Below, piece after piece: positions 51,551 to 64,000 of a stretch of 64,000 nt of DNA. Origin of the DNA: Phoronis australis (Eukaryota; Animalia; Phoronida); assembly GCA_002633005.1 (NCBI GenBank), contig NMRA01000167.1, positions 612,460-676,459 of the forward strand. Direction: 5' to 3'. Below the pieces are notes generated by a model that saw nothing but the letters and a program-made list of their open reading frames with translations, was not told where the DNA came from and did not search any database. The stretch's first letter is position 1. The number at the start of each line of letters is the position of its first letter. A program made the position numbers and the translations under genes.

Positions 51551-53704
51551 CTAGTAATCTGTCCTTGCCCAACTTACATGTAACTGAAGAGCCTTGATCC
51601 GACCCTGTGTAAGGAGCATGCCCTGATGTTCATCCATTGATATTTCAACCCTTTTTCGCAAGGGGGGCAGTTTCTCTAGTACGTGTCTTAGTTGCCGGAT
51701 GTGCGCAGCTCGGTCGTGCCATTGCACGATTCTGGCGGTCAACTGCTCCCTTCTTAATCCTCCCTGTCCGCTAGCAAGCTTACGCCTATTAGGATGCAAA
51801 GTATGGCGAGTTTTCCAGTGCCAGTGCAACAATTGGTCACAAATCGTCACATCCGCGGAACTTAGAACGAATTATGTGTTCTTCAAAGATTTGAAAAATA
51901 TCGCTTGTTACGCAGCCCCGGTGACTGAGGACAGTTAGAAAAACGTACAATCGTAAACGAGGTGATGACACTGAGAAAATGACATGTGGAAGGGAGGCCA
52001 TTTTCGCAAACTAGTGCAAAGCAATAGCAGTAGTTTTACTTTCGGTTTTAAAGAATCCATACATTTATTGAAGTGAAACTCAAGACACCGCCGTTTAAAT
52101 GCCTTATATCTAACGTTTAACCATTGTTTTAAGTAAAAACAGTCGTGTATGCTGTTCATTTCATAGTATTTTTTACAGTACATGCCTTATGTGTCCGATT
52201 GGTAAAGACATAAATTGTCTAAAGAATTGTTCGAGCTTGATTATTCCGCGCTGTAAGTGGACTCTACATGTATGTTTTGATCGTTTTACGTGAGTGCGTA
52301 TTCTACATTTAACATGATTAGTCGGTAACTAACCAACCATTAAATTGTAACGGGATTGGAGCCCCGCACGGTGAAAGTGTAGAACTAAGTGTCACACTCG
52401 AATTACATGTAATTAAAACCCGTACACGTGGAAATTGCGATCGCGTGAACACGTTTATAATAAAATATCTATTTTATCTGTACGGAAATAAAGCCCTTTG
52501 AAAGATCTTATTTAGACTCCGGTGACCTAAAGTCGTGAATATAAGCATAAAAAGCAGCTGATTGTACTACTACCCAATGTCCGTTAGCAACTGCTCATGT
52601 GATGTCATGGACATGTATCAGCCTTCACACAAATATACATGTTTTTTCCAGTCTTAACCCGTGTTTGTCTCCGTAAGCAGAGTTTTGAAACGGTCGCTCA
52701 TATCGCCGTCCATTTTGAATGAGGCCCTAAAGACATGACCGTTTCGTTTAGACGGAAATGCATGCACGAAGTAAGGCAACACAAATCCACTACAGTGCTA
52801 ACAGTTACTCTAGACGACATAAAAACGCATTGCATTGTTTATTAATTCAGTTTCAATTGAAATAAATTGTTATGTGTTTTGCACCCAACTTTGATGTACA
52901 CAGACGTTTTCAATGAGGATATTTACGTAAAACGTTAAGAACCCAGCTTCAATTATCTCTCTGTATTTTATTGCTTTGGCTTTACAAAACTTGATCGGCC
53001 CTGGGACATTTTGATGCATTGTTCAAGCTACCCCTGGAGCGCGTGTTTGAGCAAATCTGAACGATGTATATTTTCGAAAATGTATTCTGAAAATGCACAA
53101 GAAGGTGGATTAGTAAAATATGCTGTTTTTAAGATACATTTGAAAAAAGAAGCCACTCACTCACTGTTTATTATCATGTTGTGAATATCAACATGTCCGG
53201 GTATTCGGTTGACGTTCGTAAGCAGACGAACGCTGGAAACTAAAACGTTAGATGTCGCGGGACCGCGCAGACGACTAAGGCCAATACGATCGTTCACGAC
53301 TTTAGGGCACTCACGTGTTTAGGACCTCCGCCTGTACTATTCGCTTGTCACTCCGCCATGATACTTTTTAACCTACCAGTGAACTCGTGGACTAAAACAT
53401 TCACTGGGCTCAATGGCTGGCATACATTGTATAGGTCACTACATGACGAAGTGAAGTCAAAAACTGAGCTCAGAAGATGGCAGACGATTTGATAAGTTGT
53501 TGTTAGAGGAAGATAAAAAGAGGCGAAATATAACCGGAAAACCGTTTGCGGTTTTCTGAATGTGTCAAGGGAATTTAACACACTGAACAAAATTTTTCCT
53601 CCTATTCTTTTCGTTAATACATGTCTCTATTTCAGCAAGTCCTCCGGTGGAACTTCAGCTCTTTTTACGTGAATAGCAAGTAACTCCGACTGCGAGCACA
53701 CATG

Positions 53705-54240
53705 ACAGCGTATTCCCGTTCACTGAGTGACTTTACCAGACGAAGGGGTTCTGAGTGTGTGATAATATCTTAGCTTCTTGTTTAACTGCCAAGCACACTC
53801 TTTTGTCTGTTACACAACAAGCAGGCCAATTATCTACCAGGCTTATCACAGACCACGTGTGAACACAGTCAAACTCAGAGTGAATTGATGTATTCGGAAA
53901 GAATAGAATATCGTAACTTCGGTTGCAATTGGGCGATTTTGGCGATTCAAAACTAAACATGATCAACATTTGACGAGGATTTCAGAAAGGCTATTAGTTT
54001 GTGTTCAAATATGTTTTACATGTAACTTAACTTTTATTTTTAACAGTACAGCCCAGTCACGCTAGATACGATCTTATTGAAGGTTAAAGCAATTATCGAA
54101 CAAAAGAGAGCTGGCCCTCCAACCATGAATGCCAGAATGGAGTTAATCAGTCGCGTAAGATATTGACTACAGGGGCAAACTTCCCAACTTGTTGTTGGGC
54201 TATAGAACCGAACAAGTTGGGAGCAACGGGAAAACGCCGT
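53705..54240. mobile_element. Uninterrupted ~535-bp MITE (ACGGCGTTTTCCCGTT-type TIRs)
   Basis: ACAGCGTATTCCCGTT...AACGGGAAAACGCCGT; internal similarity to both arms of 24641-27425; TSD not resolved. Confidence 0.75.
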
Positions 54241-55042
54241 AGGTCTACGCGCCTCGAATGAAAATTAATTTCAGCTCATAACTCACGTCTGCGGCAAAGT
54301 GAGCCGAAATGATTTTGCCTCACGTGGCGATCATTTAGTCCGGGTTTTCTTTTACTTAGCGAGCGTAAATCCTTACAGCACGCAGATTGGTATCCTTGGT
54401 ACAAACCTGTATGCTAAATATACAGCTTTGCGGCGATGTGGGTAAAGAAGTGGTAAGATAAAATCTGACACAAAATTAGTGTCATTAGTACAGTCTTGAT
54501 TGAGTAAACTAAATTATTTAATACGAGGCTGCGTACACGTCACAACAAATTATCGGAACTGGTTCCACTTCATTATAAGTTTTAGAATTTTGATACCGAA
54601 AAACCTATTTTCAGAAGAAATTTTGCTGCTGCGAAGCCATCATCATCTCCTGAGAGACGTCGCAAAATTTAGGAAATGGTGCGTGCGCATGTCACGAGCG
54701 TACTGTTTTCAGTACGACGACATAACTTCTCTTTGTTAGAAAACAGAATTACGAAAGAAAATGGCGTTTATTAGATTGTTTTCCTCTTAAAGGCTGTTAT
54801 CGGGAAAGGTGAATGTCGTTTTGATTCCGTGATTTTGCATGTTCCCCGTCCGGTCTTTACATTGCAGTTGTACATGTTGATACAGATTTCACGGCGAGTT
54901 GACGAGCAGAACTACCCTGGCTGTGTTCAATTTCGGGGTCTATGGAAGAAAAACACACAGTGGTACCTAGCTGTATTTTGACGATAGTCTTCATACAGCT
55001 AGCTGGATCCAGTAGCTGCGTACATGTATATCTCTGTTTGGG

Positions 55043-55094
55043 TCTCTCTCTCTCTCCCTCCCTTCCTCCNCTCTCTCTCTCTCTCTCTCTCTCT
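55043..55094. repeat. (CT)n microsatellite
   Basis: Interrupted CT run containing one N. Confidence 0.9.
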
Positions 55095-55279
55095 GATTTC
55101 TACATTTTATTTAATCAACTATCAGCAGTAAAAAATGGCCAACTTATTTTCTGATGTTTTAAGACCACGTGTCAAAACAAAAACTTAAACAAACATCATT
55201 TTAACTGATCAATTATCATCAAGTTCTTTGGTTCACTTGTGTTCGTTGCAATGTAAAAGGGTTCTGCTAGCTTGCAATA

Positions 55280-55950
55280 ATCCTGTTACCTTTGCTTGCG
55301 TGTATTTTATAAACTTCTACACGAAATCTCTTATTTTCTTCCGCCACATTATTGGTTTGACCGACCGGACATCTCTAGGATTTTCTCCCTATCTCCTTTT
55401 CGTCTATCGTTTTCCAAATTACAAGAACTCCTGGCCTGTCTCGTCGGCGGCTAAATTGACATCTCCCTGTGTTCGTCACTTGCTCACAGTCCGAATGAGA
55501 TTGTGTGGAAAATTCACAACGTGCTGATGATTGCTTGAGGTGACTCCACATTCCTCGTCGGTGATCCGGTTCAGCTCTGTTGGGTTTATTACCCAAACCG
55601 GTTCCTTTTGTTTCGATTTCTGTGTTTCCATAACATTCTCAATCTCCAAAACATGGATAATCAACAATTTATACGTACCCATTTTCTTTCAAAAAGCACT
55701 CGAAACTGTAAAGAAATCCTCGAAGGCTGTTGGCAAGTAGTCTGAACCATCCGACTTTCTGAAGCTCACGATGAATCTGCTTAGGGTATTTGACAATCCC
55801 AGTGGTGGAATATCATACATGTGTCTGTTGTCATTCGGTTCATCGTGCATAAATTTCACCAGAAGCTTGGTGCAGTAGGTTGTCTTGCTCTGGGTAGCAT
55901 TTTGAGTCTCAATGACTTGGTTAGGATCGCAGTCAACGAATCCGCTTCAC
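55280..55950 (-). mobile_element. Crypton (tyrosine recombinase/DUF3504-type) transposon remnant
   Basis: Across frames: SKTTYCTKLL..RHMYDIPPLGLSNTLSRFIVSFRKSDGSDYLP, SLRGFLYSFE, KSKQKE, MGNKPNRAEP, ITDEE, DVRSVKPIMW, VEVYKIHASK. Confidence 0.75.
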
Positions 55951-56585
55951 CCGCCGGTTGTTACCCTTAGACATTTTCACTTGCAGCAAATCTTGTTAGT
56001 CTGGCTTCATGAATGTTAAAAGAAAGGTCTGTCCCATGTATTTTTACCGGGTGTGAGTAAACGCTGTCTTTTAAATACAGGTGCGACACTCAATTTATCT
56101 ACCATAACCTTGTCTCCTTCACGGAATTCCGGCGTTATTTGGTTGTTGGGATGACATGTAGTGTTTTGCAAACGATAAAATGAAAGACGTATGGATTTCT
56201 ACTCAGCCCTTATTTGTGATTAGCCCATGTAATGTCAAAAAATGACGTACTGGTCTGCATTAAAAAGCACATTTGAACGCTCAAAGAGGAGCTTGTTAAA
56301 GAACCCTTTGGCTTTCCATTCACCCTACCGTTGTAACAGTTAACTTATTAAAATGTCTCAGAAAGGCGTCAAAACACTTTTTGATCTCGTTGATCCGATT
56401 GGCTTCGCCTAACTGTCATGTCTACTTCTGCTAGTGACGATCTCACGGACAATGTAGGGTCACCCTGTGGACCTAAGCCAGGTTTTCGGCATATATTCAC
56501 AGGCTTATGTCCTGAATTATAAGGTCATAGCAATTCGTTTGTTTTTACAGGTGTACTCTTTCAGCCCGTTCGTCAATCCCCATAC

Positions 56586-57332
56586 ATGGCCAGGTTAACC
56601 GCGATCACCGCTGTTCTGATGAACATCGTCACTGGCACATGTTTTCTTACCGACCAGACGGAGCTTGTGTTTGTTTTGGGTAGGGGAGTCGTTTTTCATA
56701 GTAAACTAGTGTACATCACACATAAAGCAGACGAACTATTTCGTTTCGGGAAAGCGGGAATTAGTTCGCAGTGTATGCAGGAGGAAGGATACACGTACTA
56801 CGTAGTTATTTCAGTTCAAGTTAAGGACGTCGTTATCAACTCCTTGAGTATAGAAAGTATGTCGAAATTTAGAAACTCGAGTTTTTGTGTGCGAACCATA
56901 GGAGTTTCATCTAGAACTACGAAAACATTGAAGGACATCAGCGATGTACTACACAAAACCGATCAAGTCCAAGTGAGAGCTTCCTCAGTTACTTTGAATA
57001 ATGAACCCGTCTTCACGGATTTTGGAAATAAATGTTTTCCTCCCGAAGGTGTGTGTTTTGCGGAAATGCGACAAGCAACGGAACACATTCGAAACCAAGA
57101 TTTCTCAGCTTCGGTAAAACTAAGAGAGGTTTCTTGGTACGGAAATATTATTAACTTTCAAATCGATGATGGTCTGATGCAAGACGTTACAAAACCTGGA
57201 AGCCAAGATGAAATCAAGTATCTACAGCTGAACAAAATACTGGTTGTGTTGGTCTTTTTGTTTTTCCCCTTGCTGATCCTAAGTCTGATATCCTTTTGTA
57301 CTGTGCTACAGATAAGATGGCTTCTGCAGTAA
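56586..57332 (+). CDS. Hypothetical type I membrane protein, possibly a degenerate VWA fold
   Basis: 248-aa ORF with hydrophobic N-terminal leader and C-terminal TM (ILVVLVFLFFPLLILSLISFCTVL); acceptor gtttttacag at 56549-56550 just upstream. Confidence 0.55.
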   Translation: MARLTAITAVLMNIVTGTCFLTDQTELVFVLGRGVVFHSKLVYITHKADELFRFGKAGISSQCMQEEGYTYYVVISVQVKDVVINSLSIESMSKFRNSSFCVRTIGVSSRTTKTLKDISDVLHKTDQVQVRASSVTLNNEPVFTDFGNKCFPPEGVCFAEMRQATEHIRNQDFSASVKLREVSWYGNIINFQIDDGLMQDVTKPGSQDEIKYLQLNKILVVLVFLFFPLLILSLISFCTVLQIRWLLQ

Positions 57333-59309
57333 GACTGTGACCTCTTACGTGCTGTTAACCGCTCCGTGTCCAAAGTGAATTGCAAAGTCATATCCGTTCT
57401 GATTGATATCTATTTGGGTTCCAACGAAAGCTTTAATGTCGAAAGATTTGATGAAGAGACTGTCACGGTACTGTGTTTTGTGGTTTTACTTTATTTTGAC
57501 GTTGAACTCTGTGATCATGAAAATGTTTGCTGTAACACCGATGTCCAGCTGTGTAATCTTCCCAAGGATATTCCTTCTTGCTATTCAAGGTGCAACATCC
57601 AGCTGAGGCGCAACTCAACAGGTGACAGCTCACTGCATTGCTACTGCTAAATTAAATGTATTTGGGACAACTACATTGCTTCCCATTGTGTCTATCCATG
57701 TTTCCAACCAGAGAAGCACTATGAAAATGCAATCAAGGAGTCTGCTAGTACAGGGAAGTTCACTCCGCCATTTTACCATTCCCCGCAATGGTTACCGGGC
57801 GAAACACTAGCGCTCCAAGCGGTGTATAATCAACACTTAGTTAGGAGCGCAGTCCGAACAATGTAAACACTCATAAATTCATACTTTAATGACATTCAAC
57901 GTGCAATAAAATTACTGTGTGGTTGAAAATGGTTAGTATACATAAACTAACATCCACTTACAATAGAATGAGAAAGAAAATGTGTATTTTAATCAATATT
58001 AAAGTGTATTTGAAGTTCCCTTCAAAATCCATGATGGTTATGTTTCATGCTTGGGTTCTTAACAAGGCAATTATCGTTCCTTATAACATTTCATACCTCC
58101 ATGGACTGCATAATTTGAATGATTGCTCCTGGGGGTTCAGAGGGGAATCCTTCCAGGTGCCAGCTAAGGAGGCACCAGGCAAAAACCAGATGGGCGCCAA
58201 ATGGGTGTTGACCCCCTCCCAGGGGGTTTACATGGGAGGAGTGCTAAACAGGTAAAAACCAAAGGGTATGTATGCCACATGGGTGTTGAGCCCCTCCCAT
58301 CGTCACACATTTTGGTTGCTCCCCTGACCATTGACAACCATGTTGCTCCCAGCTCACTGCTGGTTTCATCTCCACCCAACAATTTGGCATGTGTTCCCTA
58401 TTCAATGCACCAGGCTACTAGCAATGCAGACAATTGGGTGTTAGTGACACAAGTAAGAAGAAGAAAGCAAGGCCATTCATCACTACCATAAAATCGTAAT
58501 ACAATTTTAGAACATTCCATTATTTCTTAGACATGCCAGTATTAAGGGTAAACTCAATCCCACTGTACTACTCACCAACAGTTACAAGTCAGTTGCTAAT
58601 CTGTGGAATAGCTCACAACTTACAAAACGTAGTAACATTGGGTATATCTTCAATCATAACTAGTCAAAGTTCAAAATATCACGACAAAAAATTGAACTGA
58701 ACAGCAATCAAAATATTCACTACCCACATAGCTTCTTACAAAACTGTTCCTATCATCAATAACAGTAAATATTTCATGTAAGTAAAAGCCAGACCACAAG
58801 ATCATATCTGATACCAAGCCACAACTGGGGCTTAAGTTAATCACAATCTCCAAAAACGTACAAAATAGGCAACACATACATGTACACCAACCAATACAAC
58901 AAGAAAATCTCAACACCCTGTCACTCTATTAATTCACTAGTAAAAAACGGCACTTTTCGCCAAAGAAATGCGTTTTAAATAAATCTGAAAACTAATTTAC
59001 TCACAGATGTGTTTGTCATCGAGAAGCAAAATGATACGGATAGCTTGGGTTAACAAAATTTCAGCCCACTTCAGACTCTGAATGATCCATCAGATTCACT
59101 TTGGCTCTCTCCAAATCACAGGCTAACCATTCATAAAATGTTTCAATCTGATCAACCTTAGTAAAATACGAAAACCAGATTTCGACTAATTGTCCTTTCT
59201 ACACGTGATGTTCCAGTACTTGCTTTGTGAGACGATAATCTGAAATGCAAAAAAGCCTATTCCGGAGCTGTAATATAATTTCCGGAGAACTTTTTGACCC
59301 TGACATCTT

Positions 59310-60252
59310 CATTTTTGGTGGATTCGGGACATCAAATATTGTTGGGGCACTGCAGTCAATAAAAGCTTGTTCTTCATTCATCAACATGGACTCCTCGAAG
59401 TGATGATAGCATAACTTGCAGTTCTTGGACAAATAGGCTGCATCTCTATTCATAAGGTCAGCTCCCAGCGCTTGCACCTGAACAGAAATCAATGAGTGAG
59501 AGACTCAGGAACAAACCTCATACTCACTAGGTTCACAGAAGACTGGTAGCCTACACTAAAGTACACTACACTACAGAATTCCTGTCGTACTGTGATTGTG
59601 ATAGAGACAAAAGTGTTTTGGTGTCAACTGAAAAAAACTCGGACTCAAATGTCGATCCACGGATATTTTAACAGGGCCGCGCCCCCCGCATCATTGACAC
59701 ATAGAATTAAGTTTTCAATGACGCACTGCTGAACTTAATTGGTCCAACTGGCACATTAAAATTATGTTGATTTTTTCATCTTTTCACCGAGACCCACAGA
59801 TTCTCTAACTTGACTCATGACAGACTTGTGGCCCTGTCGTGGATGTGATTGTGCCATGGCCGTGTTAGTCACCAGTCATATTACCCATGGGTATGTTTTC
59901 CTAAAATTATCCCTGCGATCGTAAGGGTGACATTTTGATTTCGAATTCATGGACTGCAAGTATCCAAAAAGTTGACGATAACACCGTACGTTCACCATAG
60001 TCCTTCCGCCGGCAGCCCGGACGTACAGTAGGCCTAGCCTACACTGCAGACAACAGTGGCAACGGGACTGCGATCGACTTGTCTAACAACCGTGAACAGA
60101 ACACACAAAAATGAAAGCCAATGTATAATATTATTGAATGATAGATAATCCTTATCTTTCTGGATCCTTAGGAAACCTAAAAAGTGACACGTCTGGGGTT
60201 TTCGTGGATGAATTCATGTACTGTATCGCACTACAAAATGCGCCTTCCCCAT
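59310..60252 (-). pseudogene. Two-exon THAP-domain pseudogene/transposon 5' remnant (THAP12/PRKRIR-like)
   Basis: Exon 1 60252-60156: FCSAIQYMN..SLFRFPKDPER; exon 2 from 59477: RCKRW / ADLMNRD..CKLCYHHFEESM..APTIFDVPNPP; frameshifts, Cys to Tyr, donor reads ATAAG. Confidence 0.75.
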
Positions 60253-60564
60253 TGTTTTGGCGCTTCGTGGTTGACAGTTGCTTAGTCACCACTTGGCGGC
60301 GCTAGTAGTAGCGGTACCAGCGAACTCACAAGCGAACTCTCCTATTCTACTACACTACTTGATGTAATTGACTGGCATGAGGCTTTTAATGTGGGGCTCC
60401 CCCTATTCACTGAATCTGCTACCAATAATAGTGAGGTTCTTTACGGTCCTGAGCAGAAAGTAGATATACCTGTAGCTGCAAATACAGAAACATGGCTCAA
60501 ACCAGACCACGTCCCTGCTCTCAATGATACAGTGTATCTCTGATTTTTTAATTTTAGTGACTCG

Positions 60565-63440
60565 TTGTTCACAACACAAAATATTAATGAGTCAACTCCG
60601 TCAGTCTCTGGCAGTATCGTGAGTGACCATGGACCCGTTATTCTACTTGATTTGAAAAACACCAAAGGTCTCCGTATTGGGCACCTAAATATAGTGTCGC
60701 TAACTGACCAATTTGATGAACTGCGTTTTATTATGAGTCAAAAACCCATCGATATTCTTTGCTTGAACGAAACACGGCTCTCTTCTATCATCAATGATTC
60801 TGAGATCGCCATCGACAGCTTTGAATTTAATAGGAACGACCGTAACAGGAAAGGTGGTGATGTTGCCATCTACACGAAAGAAGGATTGACTAGCCGTCAG
60901 CTCCAGCACCATGACAACCATGTGGAATCGCTCTGGGTTGAGATTGGCATCCCTATATCGAAGAACTTAATTATTGGATCAGTCTACAGACCACCCTCTG
61001 CGAACGCAGAGTACACAGAAAATATGACTGAACACAAAAAGTATTTTTCATAATCAAGCTCACACTAGCAAAGATTTTACTGTTACTGGTGATTTTAATT
61101 ATGATGCATTGTGTAAGAAGACAGTGCGTAAGATCAGGGCATGGGAACGTGAGTTGGGTATGCAGAATACTATTAACATGCCCACAAGAGTTACCGACAA
61201 AACATCCACATGCCTTGATCTTATTCTTGTATCAAACGTTGACAAAGTTTTTAAGTTTGATAGTTTACCCATTGGGATTAGTGATCATGATCTTGTATTC
61301 ACATCGTATAAGACTTGTCGCCCTAGATTTCTGCAAGTATCATTACCAAGCGTTCATATCGCACCTTCGATAATAAAGACTTTTTCAGAGACCTACAGGC
61401 GATTGAGTGGGGCGCCGTTACCACCGCTGTTGACCCCGATGCCGCTTCGACGATTTTCAAGCAAAGTTTCATTGGAGTAATTAAAAATCATGCCCCCGTT
61501 ATTCAACTGAAATTAAAGGGCAAACCACCCGAGTGGTATAATGATAATCTCGTAGCTCTCTCTCGCAAGAGCGACTACCTGAAGAGAACAGCTCAGCGTA
61601 CTCGAAATTCTTCTGACTGGGGTATCTACAAGAAAGCTAGAAATAAGGTAAACAATGCTCTTAAACGGGCTAATGCTGAGTACTACGAAAAAGTAAAAAC
61701 AAATCTAACGGAAAAACTCTCTAGAAAATCATAAAATCAATTTTACCTAACAAGTCCAAGTCTGTCACAAATGAATTTCTGATAGGTAACGATGTTGTTT
61801 TGGACAAAGGCAAAATAGCAAATGCATTTAATGACATTTTTTACTGGCATTGGCCAAAAACCTGCTAAAAATTCAGTATATCAATTATTGAGCTCCCGCC
61901 CAAGATACAGGAGGGAATATCATTTAAGTTTCAAGACATTTAAGTCGACTACGTCCGAGAACAAATAAAAATTCTAAGCTCTAGTAGTGCCAGTGGCATC
62001 GATAACATTGATGCCAAACTATTAAAACTGGCGTCTCAGCAAATAGCTGAGTCCCTCACGAGTATCATGAAGTTAAACGGCAACAATTCCTAGAGAATAG
62101 AAGGTGGCGGTTGTTACTCCTGTTTTTAAAGATGGTGAAAATTCCAGTTGCGAGAATTATAGACCAATATCGGTCCTCCCTGCAGTGCCCAAAATTCTTG
62201 AAAGGTGTGTCCAAAAGCAGCTTCACCAATTCCTGGAGCAAAATTCCCTTCTCTCGGCAGCACAGCCTGGTTTCCGCTTCTTGCATTCCACTTTGACTAC
62301 AAATATTCATGCTAGTGGGTTTACATGTATCTTTAGCAATATGGACAAGGGGAGGCTTACTGGTGCTGTCTTTGTTGACCTTAAGAAAGTGTTTGACATT
62401 GTGGACCATGGTATCCTATTACAGAAACTAGAGTCTTTTGGAGTTAATGATAACGAACTCCTTTGGTTTAAAAACTACTTAACTACCGTAAACAGGCCAC
62501 CAAATACGGTGGAATCGTTTCCGACTACTCTACCGTAATCACGGGCGTACCTCAGGGTTCCATTCTGGGGCCTCTATTTTTCACTGTTTTGTTAAAGCCC
62601 TCCCTACTGTCCTCCACAACAGTGTCCCAGTTTTGTATGCTGATGGCACTGCAGTTATGTCCACAGTTGGAAACTTCTCTCAACAATGAGCTAGCCCTTA
62701 TCCATGACTGGCTGATTCAAAATAAACTCACTCTTAACGCTAGTAAAACCAAGTCGATGCTTTTGGGAACTCACCAGAAATTAAAACAACAAAAAAGTCC
62801 CTTTCTATCAATAGTTCTTTCATCGAAAATGTTGACGAGTTTAAGTACTTGGGCCTTATTTTAGATCTCAATGTTAAATTTATTATGCACATAGATCACA
62901 TCATAAAGAAATTATCAAAGAAATCGGTGTACATAACCGTCTAAGCAAATTTCTTAATATCAATACTCTTAAGACAATTTACCATTCTATTATTCAGCCT
63001 CATATTGGTTATTGTTTACCGGTTTGGGGGCAAACGAGTGACACACTTGTCAGCAAAGTTCAAGTAGTCCAAAATAGAGCCGCCAGGGCTACCCTGGGTA
63101 TGTACTAGAATTCGGGACACCAAGGTAGATGACTTGTATTCCAAACTGGGATTTATGAAAGTGAAACAAAGAAATAAATATCTCTCTGCCTGTTGTATGT
63201 ACAGATGTATCAATGGCTGGGCTCCAGCATATCTCACCCGAAAATTCAATAGCAGTCAAGCTATATATTCTACACGCTCTTCTGTTGTTGGAAATGTGTC
63301 TTAAAAAAAATAAAACCGAGACGCGTAAGAGATCTTTTATCTATGCTCCTGCTACAATATGAAATTCTCTTAGCCCAGAAAACAAAAGGTCCGATTCAAT
63401 TGATATTTTCAAACGTAATATTAAAAAGTGGCTGTAATTT
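60565..63440 (+). mobile_element. Degenerate L2/CR1-group LINE ORF2 (APE endonuclease + RT)
   Basis: GLRIGHLNIVSL, LCLNETRL, VYRPP, PTRVT..CLDLI, SDHDLV, NYRPISVLP, VFVDLKKVFDIVDH, GVPQGSILGPL, NKLTLNASKTK; multiple stops and frameshifts. Confidence 0.92.
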
Positions 63441-63615
63441 ACCTAACCTTTTTACCCTACCTGTCTCAATCATGTCATTCTTTCCATTATCGTAAATACT
63501 CTCACTGTCATCTCTTTATTTATTTCATCTCTCTTAGTATATTTTCACCATTTTTCGTCATTAATTTACTGTTTTAATTCTCGACCTGTATGACGTTCAT
63601 TTTAAATGCGCACTT

Positions 63616-64000
63616 GGCCCAGTCTCTAATCTTTGTACTCGAAACGAACTCGAAACTATTTTTGGCAATTTCTTTGCTCCTTTTGTGCGAACTTAAGATA
63701 ATTGGTTATCAGACTGTGCTCGAATACATTATAGTTTATGCATAGGAGTTTCTTGTTCAAGTTTGCCCTTGAAGACCCTTATATTCGTGCTACAAACTCA
63801 AGTAAAAACTCGAAATTTCGAGTTCAAACTCGAACTTATTGCTTTAATATTGGGTTTACAAACTGTGAACTAAGGGCAATAAATTATCTACGTAAGTTAT
63901 TAGTGTACTCGAGCATAGAATAATAGACACTTATCTTGATTTCGCCCAAAAGAAGAGTAGAAAATGCCAAACCTAATTTCGAGTTCCATTTCGAGTAAAA
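63616..64000. mobile_element. Foldback/MITE with long imperfect TIRs, truncated by window end
   Basis: Left arm GGCCCAGTCTCTAATCTTTGTACTCGAAA... is imperfectly complementary to ...TTTCGAGTTCCATTTCGAGTAAAA. Confidence 0.7.

Noticed and set aside
57366-57650. Cys-rich 94-aa ORF after the orphan gene
   Set aside because: GTG start, no recognisable domain or splice support; may be 3' UTR
49597-64000. One giant 14-kb transposon bounded by inverted repeats
   Set aside because: 63616-64000 has its own left arm, so these are separate copies of a small family

Overview
Eukaryotic (animal, probably lophotrochozoan/mollusc-like; inferred from intron style, TE types and abundant TACATGTA) genomic DNA with spliceosomal introns. 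Main gene: a complete KIF24-like kinesin-13 with 11 coding exons on + (29105-43557, ~1502 aa; SAM + motor + long low-complexity tail). All of its splice phases reconcile by hand. On the - strand, a signal-peptide + PAN/apple exon (13328-12992) can splice in frame to a TLDc-domain exon (9938-9417), predicting an unusual secreted PAN-TLDc protein. The promoter + PAN exon + intron is tandemly duplicated upstream (18882-18540) without a second TLDc exon, which resembles alternative first exons sharing one constant exon. An orphan 248-aa membrane-protein ORF with a degenerate VWA-like signature lies at 56586-57332. The rest is TE debris: one Tx1/L1-like and three CR1/L2-like LINEs, hAT, Crypton, THAP and integrase-like remnants, several MITE families (one with 5-bp TSDs, one triple-nested insertion), a degenerate Penelope-type hammerhead motif and simple repeats. 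All calls are by eye; no database searches were run.
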